DNA of 64,000 nucleotides from Cyanobacteria bacterium P01_A01_bin.123. GTDB taxonomy: Bacteria > Cyanobacteriota > Cyanobacteriia > Phormidesmidales > Phormidesmidaceae. Shown in pieces: positions 18,000 to 27,849 of this stretch. The position numbers were made by a program, and so were the translations under genes. The stretch is taken from contig JBCBZT010000005.1 in the NCBI GenBank assembly GCA_039815185.1, positions 64,001 through 128,000 of the forward strand. The letters are read 5' to 3'. Positions within the stretch are counted from its first letter, which is position 1. Every line of letters begins with the position of its first letter. The notes beneath the pieces are model-generated. The model saw only the letters and a program-made list of their open reading frames with translations, was not told the DNA's origin and did no database searches.

Positions 18000-20669
18000 A
18001 TGTCAAACCTAGCGCTGGAATACCATCAGGAAGAACGGCCCTCGATTAAACAGGAAGCCGCAGGGGGCAGCTTTCGCGCGATCGCCCTGTGGTTGAATGA
18101 ATATTTAGTGCCCCAACAAATTTTTGCCCAAGTGGGCTCAACTCAGCCCGGTTGTCTACAGGTGATTGTAGAATTTCATCAGCCGCCCCACCGCGATCGC
18201 TTAGTACGGTTTATCTGTCATCGGCTCTGGCACCTCAACTCTGAGCTGATTGAAGGGGCTCACATCATCGCCCGCATCATGGGCCAAACTCGCCCCCTTT
18301 GGCAAGAGAAGGTTCGCATCAGCACCGCGGCTTCCCGTGCCAATCAGACTGCCACGACGATTAAGATCCCTACTCCCAAGTCGATTGCCCAGCCAGAGCT
18401 GCCACCTCAGATTGCCCAGCGGAAAAAAGCTGTCGCAACGCCTCCTTATGCGGCTGTGCTCAATCGCCATTTAAAGGTGGTGCGGGCCTTTTTGATTAGC
18501 GGTTCTGCTGTTGCGGCCTTTTTATTTGGCTGTTTTGCCGAAATCATGGTGTCTAACCCAGGGCCAGCCTTGCCGGTGATTTCCCAAGCTCCCACCACAT
18601 CAGGTGAACAACCCGAGCCGGACGATCAGACAGCCGTCTTACCGGTTAATGATCCTGGGGCAGTGCCTGCCTCGCGAGTGCTGACGCCAGAATCAAATTC
18701 ATTCCAGGAGGAGTCTCGACCCAATCTGGTGAATGCCCCCCTTGAACCCGTGGCGGTGATTCAACACGATCGGGTCATGTATCCTGCTGACCCCAACGTG
18801 ATTTTGCTGTTTGGGGGTGAAATAGACTTAGATGATCTACCCTACGATACCGTCGAGACTGACGCAGAAATTCTAGGGACATTGGCGGATTACCAACAAG
18901 CCGACGTGGCCATGATTGGCTTGGGCGACCCCTTGACTTCAGCCGGGACCCAGCCCAAAGAAGAACTCTACAACCACCAACGCCCTGATGCAGTGCAGGT
19001 CTTAAAGCAAGCTGGGGTTGATATGGTCAATCTCAGTAGCGGTAACTTGCTGGAATTTGGTGAATATGGCCTAGAAGAAACCCTCACGACCTTGGATCGA
19101 GAAGGTCTCTACCGAGTCGGGGCCGGACGAGATGGTCAAGAAGCCCGTCGACCCGAGATTTTAGAGGTTAAAGGCCAACGTATCGCTTACTTAGCCTACA
19201 ACCAAGACGATCTCCACGAAGCTTACAAGGATGTCGCGGGTATCAACGCCCAAGGCAAGCGGCAAGTGATTGAAGACATCCGCACGCTTCGCAGCCAAGT
19301 CGATTGGATTGTAGTCAACTACCGCTGGCAGGAAGAAGTACCCCAGTCTCCTGCGGATTGGCAAACGAATTTGGCTCGGATGGCCATCGATCAAGGGGCT
19401 GATGTGGTTGTGGGTTACCATCCGTCCCAAATACAGGGGGCTGAAATTTATAAAGGACGCCCGATTGCGTATTCTCTGGGTGATTTTGTGTTTGGGAATG
19501 CTGGCCGCGATAATCAAAGGCCAGCCGCTGATTATCGCGAAACGGCTATGCTCAAAATCTCTGTTCGCCCAGAGCAGATGAAAGTTGACTTGCTGCCCGT
19601 TGTGATCGACAACGACCAGCCCCAGTTAGCCACAGGTGTCACCGCAGACGCTATCTTGCGCAAGATTGAAACGGCCTCCATTGACTTTAATCAGCCCATG
19701 CAGGTGGCGGAGGTTCTAGACATCCGCCACCGCTATCAGGCTCCGCCCCAACGCCCGGCCCAACAACCTTCTGACGGCGGTTTTACCAGTCCAGGAGAAA
19801 CACTACCCAGCCAGGATGCGCCCAGTTTCTCTCCGGGTGAGACGATTTCTCCTAGCCCAGCGCCGCTGACGACTCCGGCAGCTCAGCCGCGCCGTGATTC
19901 TCTAGATGATGCACCCGCGCCCGCGTTAGAATCGCCTGTTGCCCCGACCCAGGATTCCGGTCGTCAGGAGACGAATGAAGGCATGACCCAACCCGTCTTC
20001 CCCAGCCCTAACTTCCTAGACGAGAATAAGCCCACCATCACCCCGATTCAATCTCCTGCGGGGGCGACGGGAAGCGATCCTCAATCCCCTCAGCCCACCC
20101 TGATCCCTGATCCGTCAGTTCCCAGAATTAACCAGCCAGTACCGAGTTCCAAAGAGTCTTCGGATCAAGTGCCTTTTGAGTCAGAATTGGAAATTCAACT
20201 TGACGGCGCCCCCTCAGATCTCTTGCCCGAGTGGGGGCCAAAAGAGTCTTCCGACGAAGACTTTGAATCGATCCCCGATGTCCCTCAAAGTCTACCCCTG
20301 CCAGAAACCATGCCTGGCTTAACCCTGGATGACAGCACCTCCGACTCATCGGTCAGCGAAGATTCTTCTGCAACCCAGGCGGCGCCACCCGCTATGCCAA
20401 ATGCTGCGCCTGAATTAGTCCCTCCAGAAAAGGCAGTAGAGGAATCGCCCGAAGCAGAAGAAACCCCTGAGGCACAGTCTCAGCCTGAAGAAAAGGCGAC
20501 TGAAGAAAAGCCGATAGAGGTACAGCCTGAACCCGACGCTGCCTCACCGGATGCCATTGGCCCTTATCATGAACCCCTGGTTGGGCCGCTCAGCTCCGCT
20601 GAAACCGATGCTGTGCCGACTCCAGAGCCCCAACCGATTGCTTTATCTGCTGATGGTGTTGAGCGGTAA
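18000..20669 (+). CDS. CapA/PGA_cap-family (metallophosphatase-fold) membrane-anchored protein with degenerate active site and long Pro/acidic tail
   Basis: One TM helix near aa 165-185; ARRPEILEVKGQRIAYL, AIDQGADVVVG.HP, IYKGRPIAYSLG.FVFG; low-complexity C-terminal ~300 aa. Confidence 0.85.
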   Translation: MSNLALEYHQEERPSIKQEAAGGSFRAIALWLNEYLVPQQIFAQVGSTQPGCLQVIVEFHQPPHRDRLVRFICHRLWHLNSELIEGAHIIARIMGQTRPLWQEKVRISTAASRANQTATTIKIPTPKSIAQPELPPQIAQRKKAVATPPYAAVLNRHLKVVRAFLISGSAVAAFLFGCFAEIMVSNPGPALPVISQAPTTSGEQPEPDDQTAVLPVNDPGAVPASRVLTPESNSFQEESRPNLVNAPLEPVAVIQHDRVMYPADPNVILLFGGEIDLDDLPYDTVETDAEILGTLADYQQADVAMIGLGDPLTSAGTQPKEELYNHQRPDAVQVLKQAGVDMVNLSSGNLLEFGEYGLEETLTTLDREGLYRVGAGRDGQEARRPEILEVKGQRIAYLAYNQDDLHEAYKDVAGINAQGKRQVIEDIRTLRSQVDWIVVNYRWQEEVPQSPADWQTNLARMAIDQGADVVVGYHPSQIQGAEIYKGRPIAYSLGDFVFGNAGRDNQRPAADYRETAMLKISVRPEQMKVDLLPVVIDNDQPQLATGVTADAILRKIETASIDFNQPMQVAEVLDIRHRYQAPPQRPAQQPSDGGFTSPGETLPSQDAPSFSPGETISPSPAPLTTPAAQPRRDSLDDAPAPALESPVAPTQDSGRQETNEGMTQPVFPSPNFLDENKPTITPIQSPAGATGSDPQSPQPTLIPDPSVPRINQPVPSSKESSDQVPFESELEIQLDGAPSDLLPEWGPKESSDEDFESIPDVPQSLPLPETMPGLTLDDSTSDSSVSEDSSATQAAPPAMPNAAPELVPPEKAVEESPEAEETPEAQSQPEEKATEEKPIEVQPEPDAASPDAIGPYHEPLVGPLSSAETDAVPTPEPQPIALSADGVER

Positions 20670-20846
20670 ACGTATGGGCCAATCTAAGGTGTTGCTAAGG
20701 CAACGCCCTGGCCTCGAAAAGTTGTTATTTTGCCTCTATTTATTGCTCGGTTAACTTTATTGACTCGTAAGGGACTTAAGTTGGCAAACCGCCTTAAATA
20801 GGGAGAGTTGTGACGAATTAGACGTTTCTTGACTGGATAAACGACC

Positions 20847-22052
20847 ATGGCGACTTGGATGAAAGAAACGGATCAGGCGATCTACCTGATGCAGGGAGGC
20901 TACTATATCGACAAAATTGAAAAACGTCCTTATGTCGAAGGGCAAACGCGGCTGACCCTGCTCGATATGAAAGACTGGTTCACCCGTCCTGATCCGCCTG
21001 GTGGTATGGTCGTCGCTTGGGATAGTGATGGGCCAGAACCCCAACCCAAGCCAAAACCTGATGCCACCCTGGAACTCACCCAGGTGCCCCAATCAGTTGA
21101 AATCAAAGAACTCTTCCAGATTCAGGGAAAGATTGCGCCAACCTATGTGGGGCAATCTGTTCAACTCTCCATTGGTGGGCAAGTGGCAACCTCTGCGCCT
21201 AAGGTTCAGCCCGATGGCCGTTGGGTCATCAATTATCGCTTCTTTGGGGCCGGTACCCGCTCTTTGAAGGTGACCATCAGCGATCAAAGTGCTGACTTCA
21301 GCATTAAGGTGGTTGAGCCTGCACCCGAGACGATCGATTTGAGACTCAGTGGCAGTGTTGGTATTTCAGCGGATAACCATGCCGAAGACGTGATTTCAGT
21401 CAAAGAGAGACTTGCTGCGCTAGGATTCAGCTTTTTTCAAGTCTCGCCATCGGTGGATGCCGGGTTAATTCAAGCGATTAAACTGTTTCAGTCGATTATT
21501 TCGGGCAGCACTAAGCTAATTGGGGATGGTCGAGTTGATGTCAATCGCAGAACACAGGAGTTCTTGGAAGCCTCAAATGCGCCTAAGTGGATGCTCATGC
21601 CGATTCGGGGAGAAGGGTTTATCAACTTTGAGCGTGAAGACTTGAAAGATCAGCATGATTATGGGTCAAGCTGGATGGCCGATAGCATCATTGCTGCCGG
21701 TAAACGCTACGAAACTACCTATCGCAAAGGTCGCTCCAATATTTCCTTAATCCCGGTTAATGATGTGAGTTTTCCTAAAGGGGGCAACACGCCGGATCAT
21801 GCAGGCCATGAAGCAGGCAATGCCTGCGATGTTTCGATTCCTAGGACTGGGGGGAGCTACGGAACGACTTGGCAAAGCAGCAATTACGACCGCGATTCGA
21901 CTCGGGCAATTCTGCAGGCGCTGAAAGCGCAACCGTTAGTGACGCGGATTTACTTTAACGATACGAAGTTAATTGGCGAAGGCCTCTGTCAGCGGGCAGG
22001 GGGGCATGACAACCATATTCACTTTGAAGTAGGCGTGCCTAACCCACAGTAG
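20847..22052 (+). CDS. Putative peptidoglycan endopeptidase (MepA-like LAS metallopeptidase) with peptidoglycan-binding and Ig-like domains
   Basis: H-x6-D motif (HEAGNACD) plus HDNHIHF; PG-binding-like SVG....N..EDV..VK.RL..LG...AIKLFQ...DGRVD; N-terminal TW.KETD.AIYLM module. Confidence 0.7.
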   Translation: MATWMKETDQAIYLMQGGYYIDKIEKRPYVEGQTRLTLLDMKDWFTRPDPPGGMVVAWDSDGPEPQPKPKPDATLELTQVPQSVEIKELFQIQGKIAPTYVGQSVQLSIGGQVATSAPKVQPDGRWVINYRFFGAGTRSLKVTISDQSADFSIKVVEPAPETIDLRLSGSVGISADNHAEDVISVKERLAALGFSFFQVSPSVDAGLIQAIKLFQSIISGSTKLIGDGRVDVNRRTQEFLEASNAPKWMLMPIRGEGFINFEREDLKDQHDYGSSWMADSIIAAGKRYETTYRKGRSNISLIPVNDVSFPKGGNTPDHAGHEAGNACDVSIPRTGGSYGTTWQSSNYDRDSTRAILQALKAQPLVTRIYFNDTKLIGEGLCQRAGGHDNHIHFEVGVPNPQ

Positions 22053-22195
22053 ATTTTGGATGTTGCCTAAGCTTTTGAGGCTCCCCCGCTGTCCCGGGGG
22101 TATGCAAATTGGGTTGGAACTTGCCTCCTTTGAGTTTACATTCCGCGTAACGATCAATTTTGATTCAAAATAGGGAAGCAACACAAATCCTGACC

Positions 22196-22597
22196 ATGAC
22201 CGACTCATCTGACAGCAACGGGATCTCCCGCCTAGACCGCATCGAAAAGCTAGTTGAGGCGAACGCCTTGGCAATCGAAGGGTTGCGAGTGGCTCAGGAA
22301 GCAGAACGTCTACAACTGCGTAGCTCTATCGAAGACTTGGTGGCAATGCTGGCTCAGCAGTCCGAAGAAGCCGCTCAAGAGCGTGCTGAGATGAAGCGAC
22401 AGCAGGAAGAATCAGACCAGCGCTTTGAGACGATGCTGGCCGAAATGAGAGCAGATCGCACGGAAAACCGTCAGAACCTTGAAGTTCTGTTGGCCGAGAT
22501 CAGGGCAGATCGTGAAGAAAGCCGTGTAGAACGCGAGGCAAACCGTCAAGAGCATAAAGAATTTCGACAGGCTATTCGAGCGTTGATAGCGTCATGA
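22196..22597 (+). CDS. Coiled-coil hypothetical protein
   Basis: RLDRIEKLVEANA... heptad pattern typical of cyanobacterial paralog families. Likely start ATG 22196. Confidence 0.7.
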   Translation: MTDSSDSNGISRLDRIEKLVEANALAIEGLRVAQEAERLQLRSSIEDLVAMLAQQSEEAAQERAEMKRQQEESDQRFETMLAEMRADRTENRQNLEVLLAEIRADREESRVEREANRQEHKEFRQAIRALIAS

Positions 22598-22803
22598 CCT
22601 GCAAGGTGTAAAGCGCTACATTCTTTGATCTCCAACAATGCAACTACCCATAACTTCACCCAATAGTGCAAGCTTTCGGAAGCCCGCTAGGCATCCTAAG
22701 CCAGAAGCGCTAGATGCATCTGTGGAAGACGTTGATTGAGTCATCCGTAATATCGACCCAACGGGTTGATGTTCAAAGGGCAGGTCTTGGAAAAAACAGC
22801 GCC

Positions 22804-23391
22804 ATGAAGCCCGTTCTATTCGGTTCTATTCTCGGTATTGTCAGCTTGTCGGCTCTAGTGGGTGGTGCCATTGCCCAGAGTGTGCCGCTGACATCAGAGA
22901 TGACCGCCATGGCCCAGGCAAACGAACCCACTGCTGCACCAGCCCTTGCCAGCGGCTACAATCGCTACACCTCGTCTGGGCAATATTCGATCGAATTCCC
23001 CGATGGTGCCTACCTGCACAACAACAATCAGGGCTATTTGATCATGAGTAACTATGCTCCGCAGGTTGGGGCCTGTTGTTTTGAGGCCGAATCGCTCAAA
23101 ACAGATATCTACGTCACGGCTATTCCCTTCGAGACCGCTAAAGAAAACGCGGTGATTGACGATAGCGGCATGGCGGGTGAGTTGGTTCAACAATCGGTGA
23201 TTAATCTCAACGGACGAGAGGCCATTCGCACCTGGTGGATCAATGGAGACAATGGGTCTGACTCTGTTTCTACGATTGTGCAATTCTCGGAAACCGAATC
23301 TGCCTATATCACTAGCTTTTATGCCACTGGCGATCGCACGATGGACAGTACGATTGAAGCCATTCACAACTCTTTTCAGGCATTGAACTAA
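22804..23391 (+). CDS. Secreted hypothetical protein, possibly PsbP-like fold
   Basis: Signal peptide from ATG 22804 (MKPVLFGSILGIVSLSALVGGAIAQ); YSIEFP, INLNGREAIR and terminal I.NSF pattern. Confidence 0.65.
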   Translation: MKPVLFGSILGIVSLSALVGGAIAQSVPLTSEMTAMAQANEPTAAPALASGYNRYTSSGQYSIEFPDGAYLHNNNQGYLIMSNYAPQVGACCFEAESLKTDIYVTAIPFETAKENAVIDDSGMAGELVQQSVINLNGREAIRTWWINGDNGSDSVSTIVQFSETESAYITSFYATGDRTMDSTIEAIHNSFQALN

Positions 23392-23403
23392 TCTCGAAAG
23401 GTC

Positions 23404-23438
23404 GCAAAGCGGTCTTGCTATTGGCAAGACCGCTTTGC
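23404..23438. terminator. Perfect 15-bp stem hairpin between convergent genes (likely bidirectional terminator)
   Basis: GCAAAGCGGTCTTGC-TATTG-GCAAGACCGCTTTGC. Confidence 0.75.
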
Positions 23439-23479
23439 ATAGCACTGCTTTTCAAAAGCAACGATTCAACCCCGGATCG

Positions 23480-26400
23480 CTAAACGACCACAAAATGCGC
23501 GTCGTCAAGCATCGTAGATTGCACACCTTGAAGGAGCACTAAGGTTTCTGCACCCACACTGATCAGGGCATCGTTGCCTTGCTGACGAATGGCCAGTTGA
23601 CCCAAGCTAAGGCCGTCCGCCAACCCAATTAGGTCAATCCCGATTTCAAAGTCGGTGATGGTGTCGGTTCCTTCGCCCATCGCAAATACGAAGGTATCAC
23701 TGCCTTGTCCGCCAGAAGCATCATCTCCGGTTAAGGTGTCGTTGCCGAGACCACCCCGTAGCAGGTCATCACCGTCATCGCCCCAGATTTGGTCGTTCCC
23801 AGCATCTCCAAAGAGGCGGTCATTGCCAGACTTGCCGCCGATGCGATCATTACCGTCACCCCCAAAGATTACGTCATCGCCCCCGGCTTCGCCCGCTTGG
23901 GCACTGCGGACATTGCGATCGCCCCGCAGCACATCATCGCCAGTACCGCCGTAGATAATATCGCCAGCCAGTTCGCCAGCCAGGGTGTCATCACCGCCAA
24001 ACCCGTTGAGGATGTTGGTCACATCATCGCCAACCAGGGTTTCCCCATCGGCGCTGCCACTGATTAGTGCTTGAACTGGATTGCGCGGATCGTAGCTGGT
24101 AGTGTCGATGTCGAGGGGATTGGGGAATGCTTCAGCCACGTTCTCCCAAGGCACCAACTTTAAGTTGGTGCTGTTGTTTTCCAGCTCTTCGTCGTCTTCG
24201 ACCGCATTTTGCGGATCATTGGCCCCGTCCTGGACGACGAGTAAACCGTTGGGAAACGCCGACCCCAGCGATACATTAATCACATCGAGACCATCGCTTT
24301 CGTTGGCCTGATCAATCGGCCCGTTCGCGCCGACGACGAAACTGCCGAGATAGGCGTTATCGCCTTCTCGGTTGAACACGGCGTAGGACGAATCCCCTTG
24401 GCTATTGGCAATCAGGTAACCGCTGCCGTCTGCGCCGTAGTAGATGCTGAGTCCTTCCAGGTCGGGCACCAGATAGTCTTCATCAATGGATTGAATCACC
24501 TGAAAATCATTGCCACCATCGGGTTCAGCCGAGAACTTGAGGATGCCAACTTCATCTTCAAGCGACACGTAGAGGAAGCCCAACTCCTGGTCAACCACGA
24601 TGCCTTCGGATTGGGAATCAGCCGGATCGCCTGTTGGCGTGGGGAGTTCTAACGTGCGAACCACACTGGCGCTGACTTTGCCACTGTCTTCAACTAGCTC
24701 TAGCTGGGCGACCAAGTTACCGTCAGCCTGGGTGACAAAGGCGTAGGACTTGCCGGAAACGGGGCTAGTGTAAGTGCTGAGACCGTAGGCTGTGGCCTCA
24801 CCATCGTCCACACCAAAGATAGTTTCAGGGATGTTGGCCGAGGTGACGTCGGTGATGCCCCCGGTTTCGGGATCGATTTGCAAAATGGTGAGGGTGTCGT
24901 TTTCGCGATCGCTCAAGATCGCCAAATCCGTCGGGCTGCCACCCAAATCAAAACCATAAACCAGGTCCACGTTGTTATAGCGGATGTCGCCAAATTCAGC
25001 GGGGCGAAACGTGGACAGGACATTCCCCTCCAGATCAAAGCTTGCCAGACCACCATCTTTAAGGGTGCCAAACACCACGCTTTTACTCGGATCGGTGGGG
25101 TGCACCCAAATCGCGGGATCGTCAGAATCCCCTTGAAGCGGCGTCGTGCCGTCTTCGTCATCTACCGTCAGAGGCGTTTCCAGTACGGGCAGGGCAGCGG
25201 GTGTGCTCTCCAAATCTAGGGCAAAAGCTAGGAACTGGGTTTTCTGCGTATCGCTGAAGTTGTTGTCACTGACCACAATTAGGGACTGACGACCGTCTTC
25301 TAGCACAGGCCCGAGGGCAATCCCTTCCAGGTTGTCAGGGGCGATGCCTAAGTCTGCTTCGATATCTAGCAGTTCAGTCTTCGTGACTGCCGGATCAATT
25401 TCAAAGGGGCCGGGGGGTAAAATCTCACCATCGTCATCCAGCGGCTCTTCCCGGAACAGGTCGGGGGTGTCGAACACGTCCAGTGCCCCCTGAGCATTCA
25501 CCTGGAACAGCTTGACCGTGTTGCCCACACCGACGGAGAAGCCCCGCTCTAGGGCTAAGAAGGTGCCATTGTTGTCCAGCGCCAACAGCTCAACCAACCC
25601 ATTGGTGGCAAAATCATCAGCGGGTATGGGTTCATCGGGAATCGCATCCACTTCATAAACAAACTCGGCGACGGGTTCGCCCGTGCTGAGGTCGTATTTG
25701 AGGATGCGGCTGAGGCTACCGTTGTCTAACGTGGCCTCTGGCCCATCTTGGAACAGGGCATTCTCGGTGGCGGTGTAAAGGAAGCGTTGATCGGGAGTAA
25801 TAGTTAGGCTCTCAAAGGCAGCGTTGTTGCGAATGCCGCTGGACTGATCCGCCGTGGGCAAGTACTTATCAGGGACAGGGAGTTCGCTGATTTGCTGCCC
25901 AGTGAGCGAAAACTGCCGGACAAAGGGATCGATCAGCTGATTTGCATCCCCTTCAGAAGAAATGTACAGCGTCCCTGTGCCCGTTAGTGCAATCCCTTCG
26001 GGATCAAGGACGCCATCGTCGAAGGGGTTACCTTCAGCATCCAGCAGTAGAGTCGTCTCTTGGAACGTGATGTCGCCGTCATCCAGGCTACCGTCACTGA
26101 GGTCAATACCTAGCGTGTAGAATCGGGCATCGGAGCTGCGATCGTCTGCTAAGGCATAATACAGGCCGCGATCGCTGTCGTAAGCAATGCCCGAGAGCCC
26201 CCCTATTTCGGTGCCGTCCAGTTCAGTCCCAGTGACAAAGGAAACCTCACCCAAGAATTCCACCCCAGCTACAGACTGGCGGTCTTGGCTAGCACCCTGA
26301 CGGGCCACAGCCACATCGGTATAGACCAAGCGATGGTCAGAACTGGGGAAGGGAAAATCGCCGACTAGATCAAAGTTTTCGGCGTCGGCGTCGGGCCAAA

Positions 26401-27451
26401 ATACTGAGGCTTCTGTGATCTCTAGATTGTCGGAGGGCAGCACATAGTCTACCCGCAGGTTACCCGGCCCACCAAAGATCGATTCGCCAAAGTCAGCCGT
26501 ATCGTAGCGGGGGGCGCTGAGGTGATCAAAGTTGTTGTCGCCTTGACGGAGCGTGGCGTCTACACCGCCCTCACTATCTGGTGTCGCCGCCGTATTTACC
26601 CGAGGATGAGCCAGCAACTGCTGAATCGCCCCAGGGATGCTATCGCCATCGAAGGGATCTGAGTTTTGGTCGCCCATCACCACGAAGCGGGCACCGGATT
26701 CCAGACCGCCCGTACCGCCATTGTCGTCATAGATATAGTCGGCCCCGTCAACATAGTCCGCCCAAAAGCGGATCTCATCAAAGTTGCGGGTGCCGTTGCG
26801 ATCTTCGGGGCCATCGAAGACGGGCGGTGTCGGGTGGCTAGCCAATACGTGGATGATTTCACCATCCACTTCGATTGGGATATCCCAATGACTCTTGGAC
26901 GACAGGCGCACCTGCTCTAGTTCTGCCTCGGTGTACCAATTTTCGGTGTCGCCGTTGCCGTCTATATCCTCAGGATCGGTAGGCAACAAGGCATCGGGCA
27001 TATCCTTCCACAAAAAGTTTTGGAACGTGCGGACGTTAGCCGTATCGATGGGATGTTTGGAGTACACCACCATGCCAAATTGACCGGGGAAAAAGCCGAA
27101 TCCATAGGCATCCCCAGGACCGTCTGTCGTACCGTCGTTGTCGAGATCCAGTCCGGAGGGAATACCCGTATTTGAAGGTGCTAGGTAAACATAGGGGTAT
27201 TCAACCGGGTCTACACCGTTTTGACTCACGCCCAAATAGTTTTGCTGGAACAGGGCGGCGGCTTCGCCGTTGGCGTCGTAATCAAACTCATTGACCAGCA
27301 GTACATCCGGGTTAGCCCGCTGAATAATTTCAGCCACGGCTTGGGCTTGAGCATTATCTGGGGTAGATAAATCGCCAATCAACTCGCCTTCGTTGTTGCG
27401 ATTTAAGGAAGCGTTGAATGTCGAAAAACGAACGGTTTCAGAACCAGCCAT
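23480..27451 (-). CDS. Multidomain phytase: endonuclease/exonuclease/phosphatase + phytase-like esterase + beta-propeller phytase + RTX Ca-binding repeats
   Basis: TFNASLNR / NEFDYD / SHPTPPVFDG / SSDHRLV; GGLSGI / DPEGI / DNLEG / VSDNNF; DSDDPAIWVHP / YNNVD / SEGIVVD / VQDG; GGxGxD repeats. Confidence 0.9.
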   Translation of the reverse strand: MAGSETVRFSTFNASLNRNNEGELIGDLSTPDNAQAQAVAEIIQRANPDVLLVNEFDYDANGEAAALFQQNYLGVSQNGVDPVEYPYVYLAPSNTGIPSGLDLDNDGTTDGPGDAYGFGFFPGQFGMVVYSKHPIDTANVRTFQNFLWKDMPDALLPTDPEDIDGNGDTENWYTEAELEQVRLSSKSHWDIPIEVDGEIIHVLASHPTPPVFDGPEDRNGTRNFDEIRFWADYVDGADYIYDDNGGTGGLESGARFVVMGDQNSDPFDGDSIPGAIQQLLAHPRVNTAATPDSEGGVDATLRQGDNNFDHLSAPRYDTADFGESIFGGPGNLRVDYVLPSDNLEITEASVFWPDADAENFDLVGDFPFPSSDHRLVYTDVAVARQGASQDRQSVAGVEFLGEVSFVTGTELDGTEIGGLSGIAYDSDRGLYYALADDRSSDARFYTLGIDLSDGSLDDGDITFQETTLLLDAEGNPFDDGVLDPEGIALTGTGTLYISSEGDANQLIDPFVRQFSLTGQQISELPVPDKYLPTADQSSGIRNNAAFESLTITPDQRFLYTATENALFQDGPEATLDNGSLSRILKYDLSTGEPVAEFVYEVDAIPDEPIPADDFATNGLVELLALDNNGTFLALERGFSVGVGNTVKLFQVNAQGALDVFDTPDLFREEPLDDDGEILPPGPFEIDPAVTKTELLDIEADLGIAPDNLEGIALGPVLEDGRQSLIVVSDNNFSDTQKTQFLAFALDLESTPAALPVLETPLTVDDEDGTTPLQGDSDDPAIWVHPTDPSKSVVFGTLKDGGLASFDLEGNVLSTFRPAEFGDIRYNNVDLVYGFDLGGSPTDLAILSDRENDTLTILQIDPETGGITDVTSANIPETIFGVDDGEATAYGLSTYTSPVSGKSYAFVTQADGNLVAQLELVEDSGKVSASVVRTLELPTPTGDPADSQSEGIVVDQELGFLYVSLEDEVGILKFSAEPDGGNDFQVIQSIDEDYLVPDLEGLSIYYGADGSGYLIANSQGDSSYAVFNREGDNAYLGSFVVGANGPIDQANESDGLDVINVSLGSAFPNGLLVVQDGANDPQNAVEDDEELENNSTNLKLVPWENVAEAFPNPLDIDTTSYDPRNPVQALISGSADGETLVGDDVTNILNGFGGDDTLAGELAGDIIYGGTGDDVLRGDRNVRSAQAGEAGGDDVIFGGDGNDRIGGKSGNDRLFGDAGNDQIWGDDGDDLLRGGLGNDTLTGDDASGGQGSDTFVFAMGEGTDTITDFEIGIDLIGLADGLSLGQLAIRQQGNDALISVGAETLVLLQGVQSTMLDDAHFVVV

Positions 27452-27594
27452 AAGTCCTCAAGGGGTGAAGGAAATATACATGACAAAACGGTGAGATCGC
27501 TCCTATGAGCAATCTCACAATGAGGGTTTCAAATTTGACCAGCACAACCTGAGCTGAACTTAGTAGCTCTGCCCATAGGGGATCTCCGTGCCGG

Positions 27595-27686
27595 GGTTAA
27601 GCCCTAACAAATCCGTAATGAAATATACCAGCACTGGTTAAAGAAAGGATTATGGCAACGTTATGGCAATGGCAACGACGGTTAAG
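27595..27686 (-). promoter_or_regulatory. Possible Pho (SphR) box repeats upstream of the phytase
   Basis: Minus-strand YTTAACC half-sites at about 27595, 27636 and 27680, plus degenerate CATAAT/CATAAC copies at about 11-bp spacing. Confidence 0.4.
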
Positions 27687-27849
27687 TATCTTTACGCAGA
27701 GAAGAAGTTTGATGCATTAGTCCTGAAGTATTGAGAGGAATTAGGGCGTGGCGCGATCGCGATTGTTCCTGGGGGTGAGTATCTTGATGTGAAGAGTAAA
27801 ATTTAGACTATTGGAAATCGACGCTTACGAAAATTGATGACAAAGGTTG

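Noticed and set aside
22894..23445. 183-aa minus ORF
   Set aside because: Antisense shadow of the secreted protein gene, crossing a terminator hairpin.
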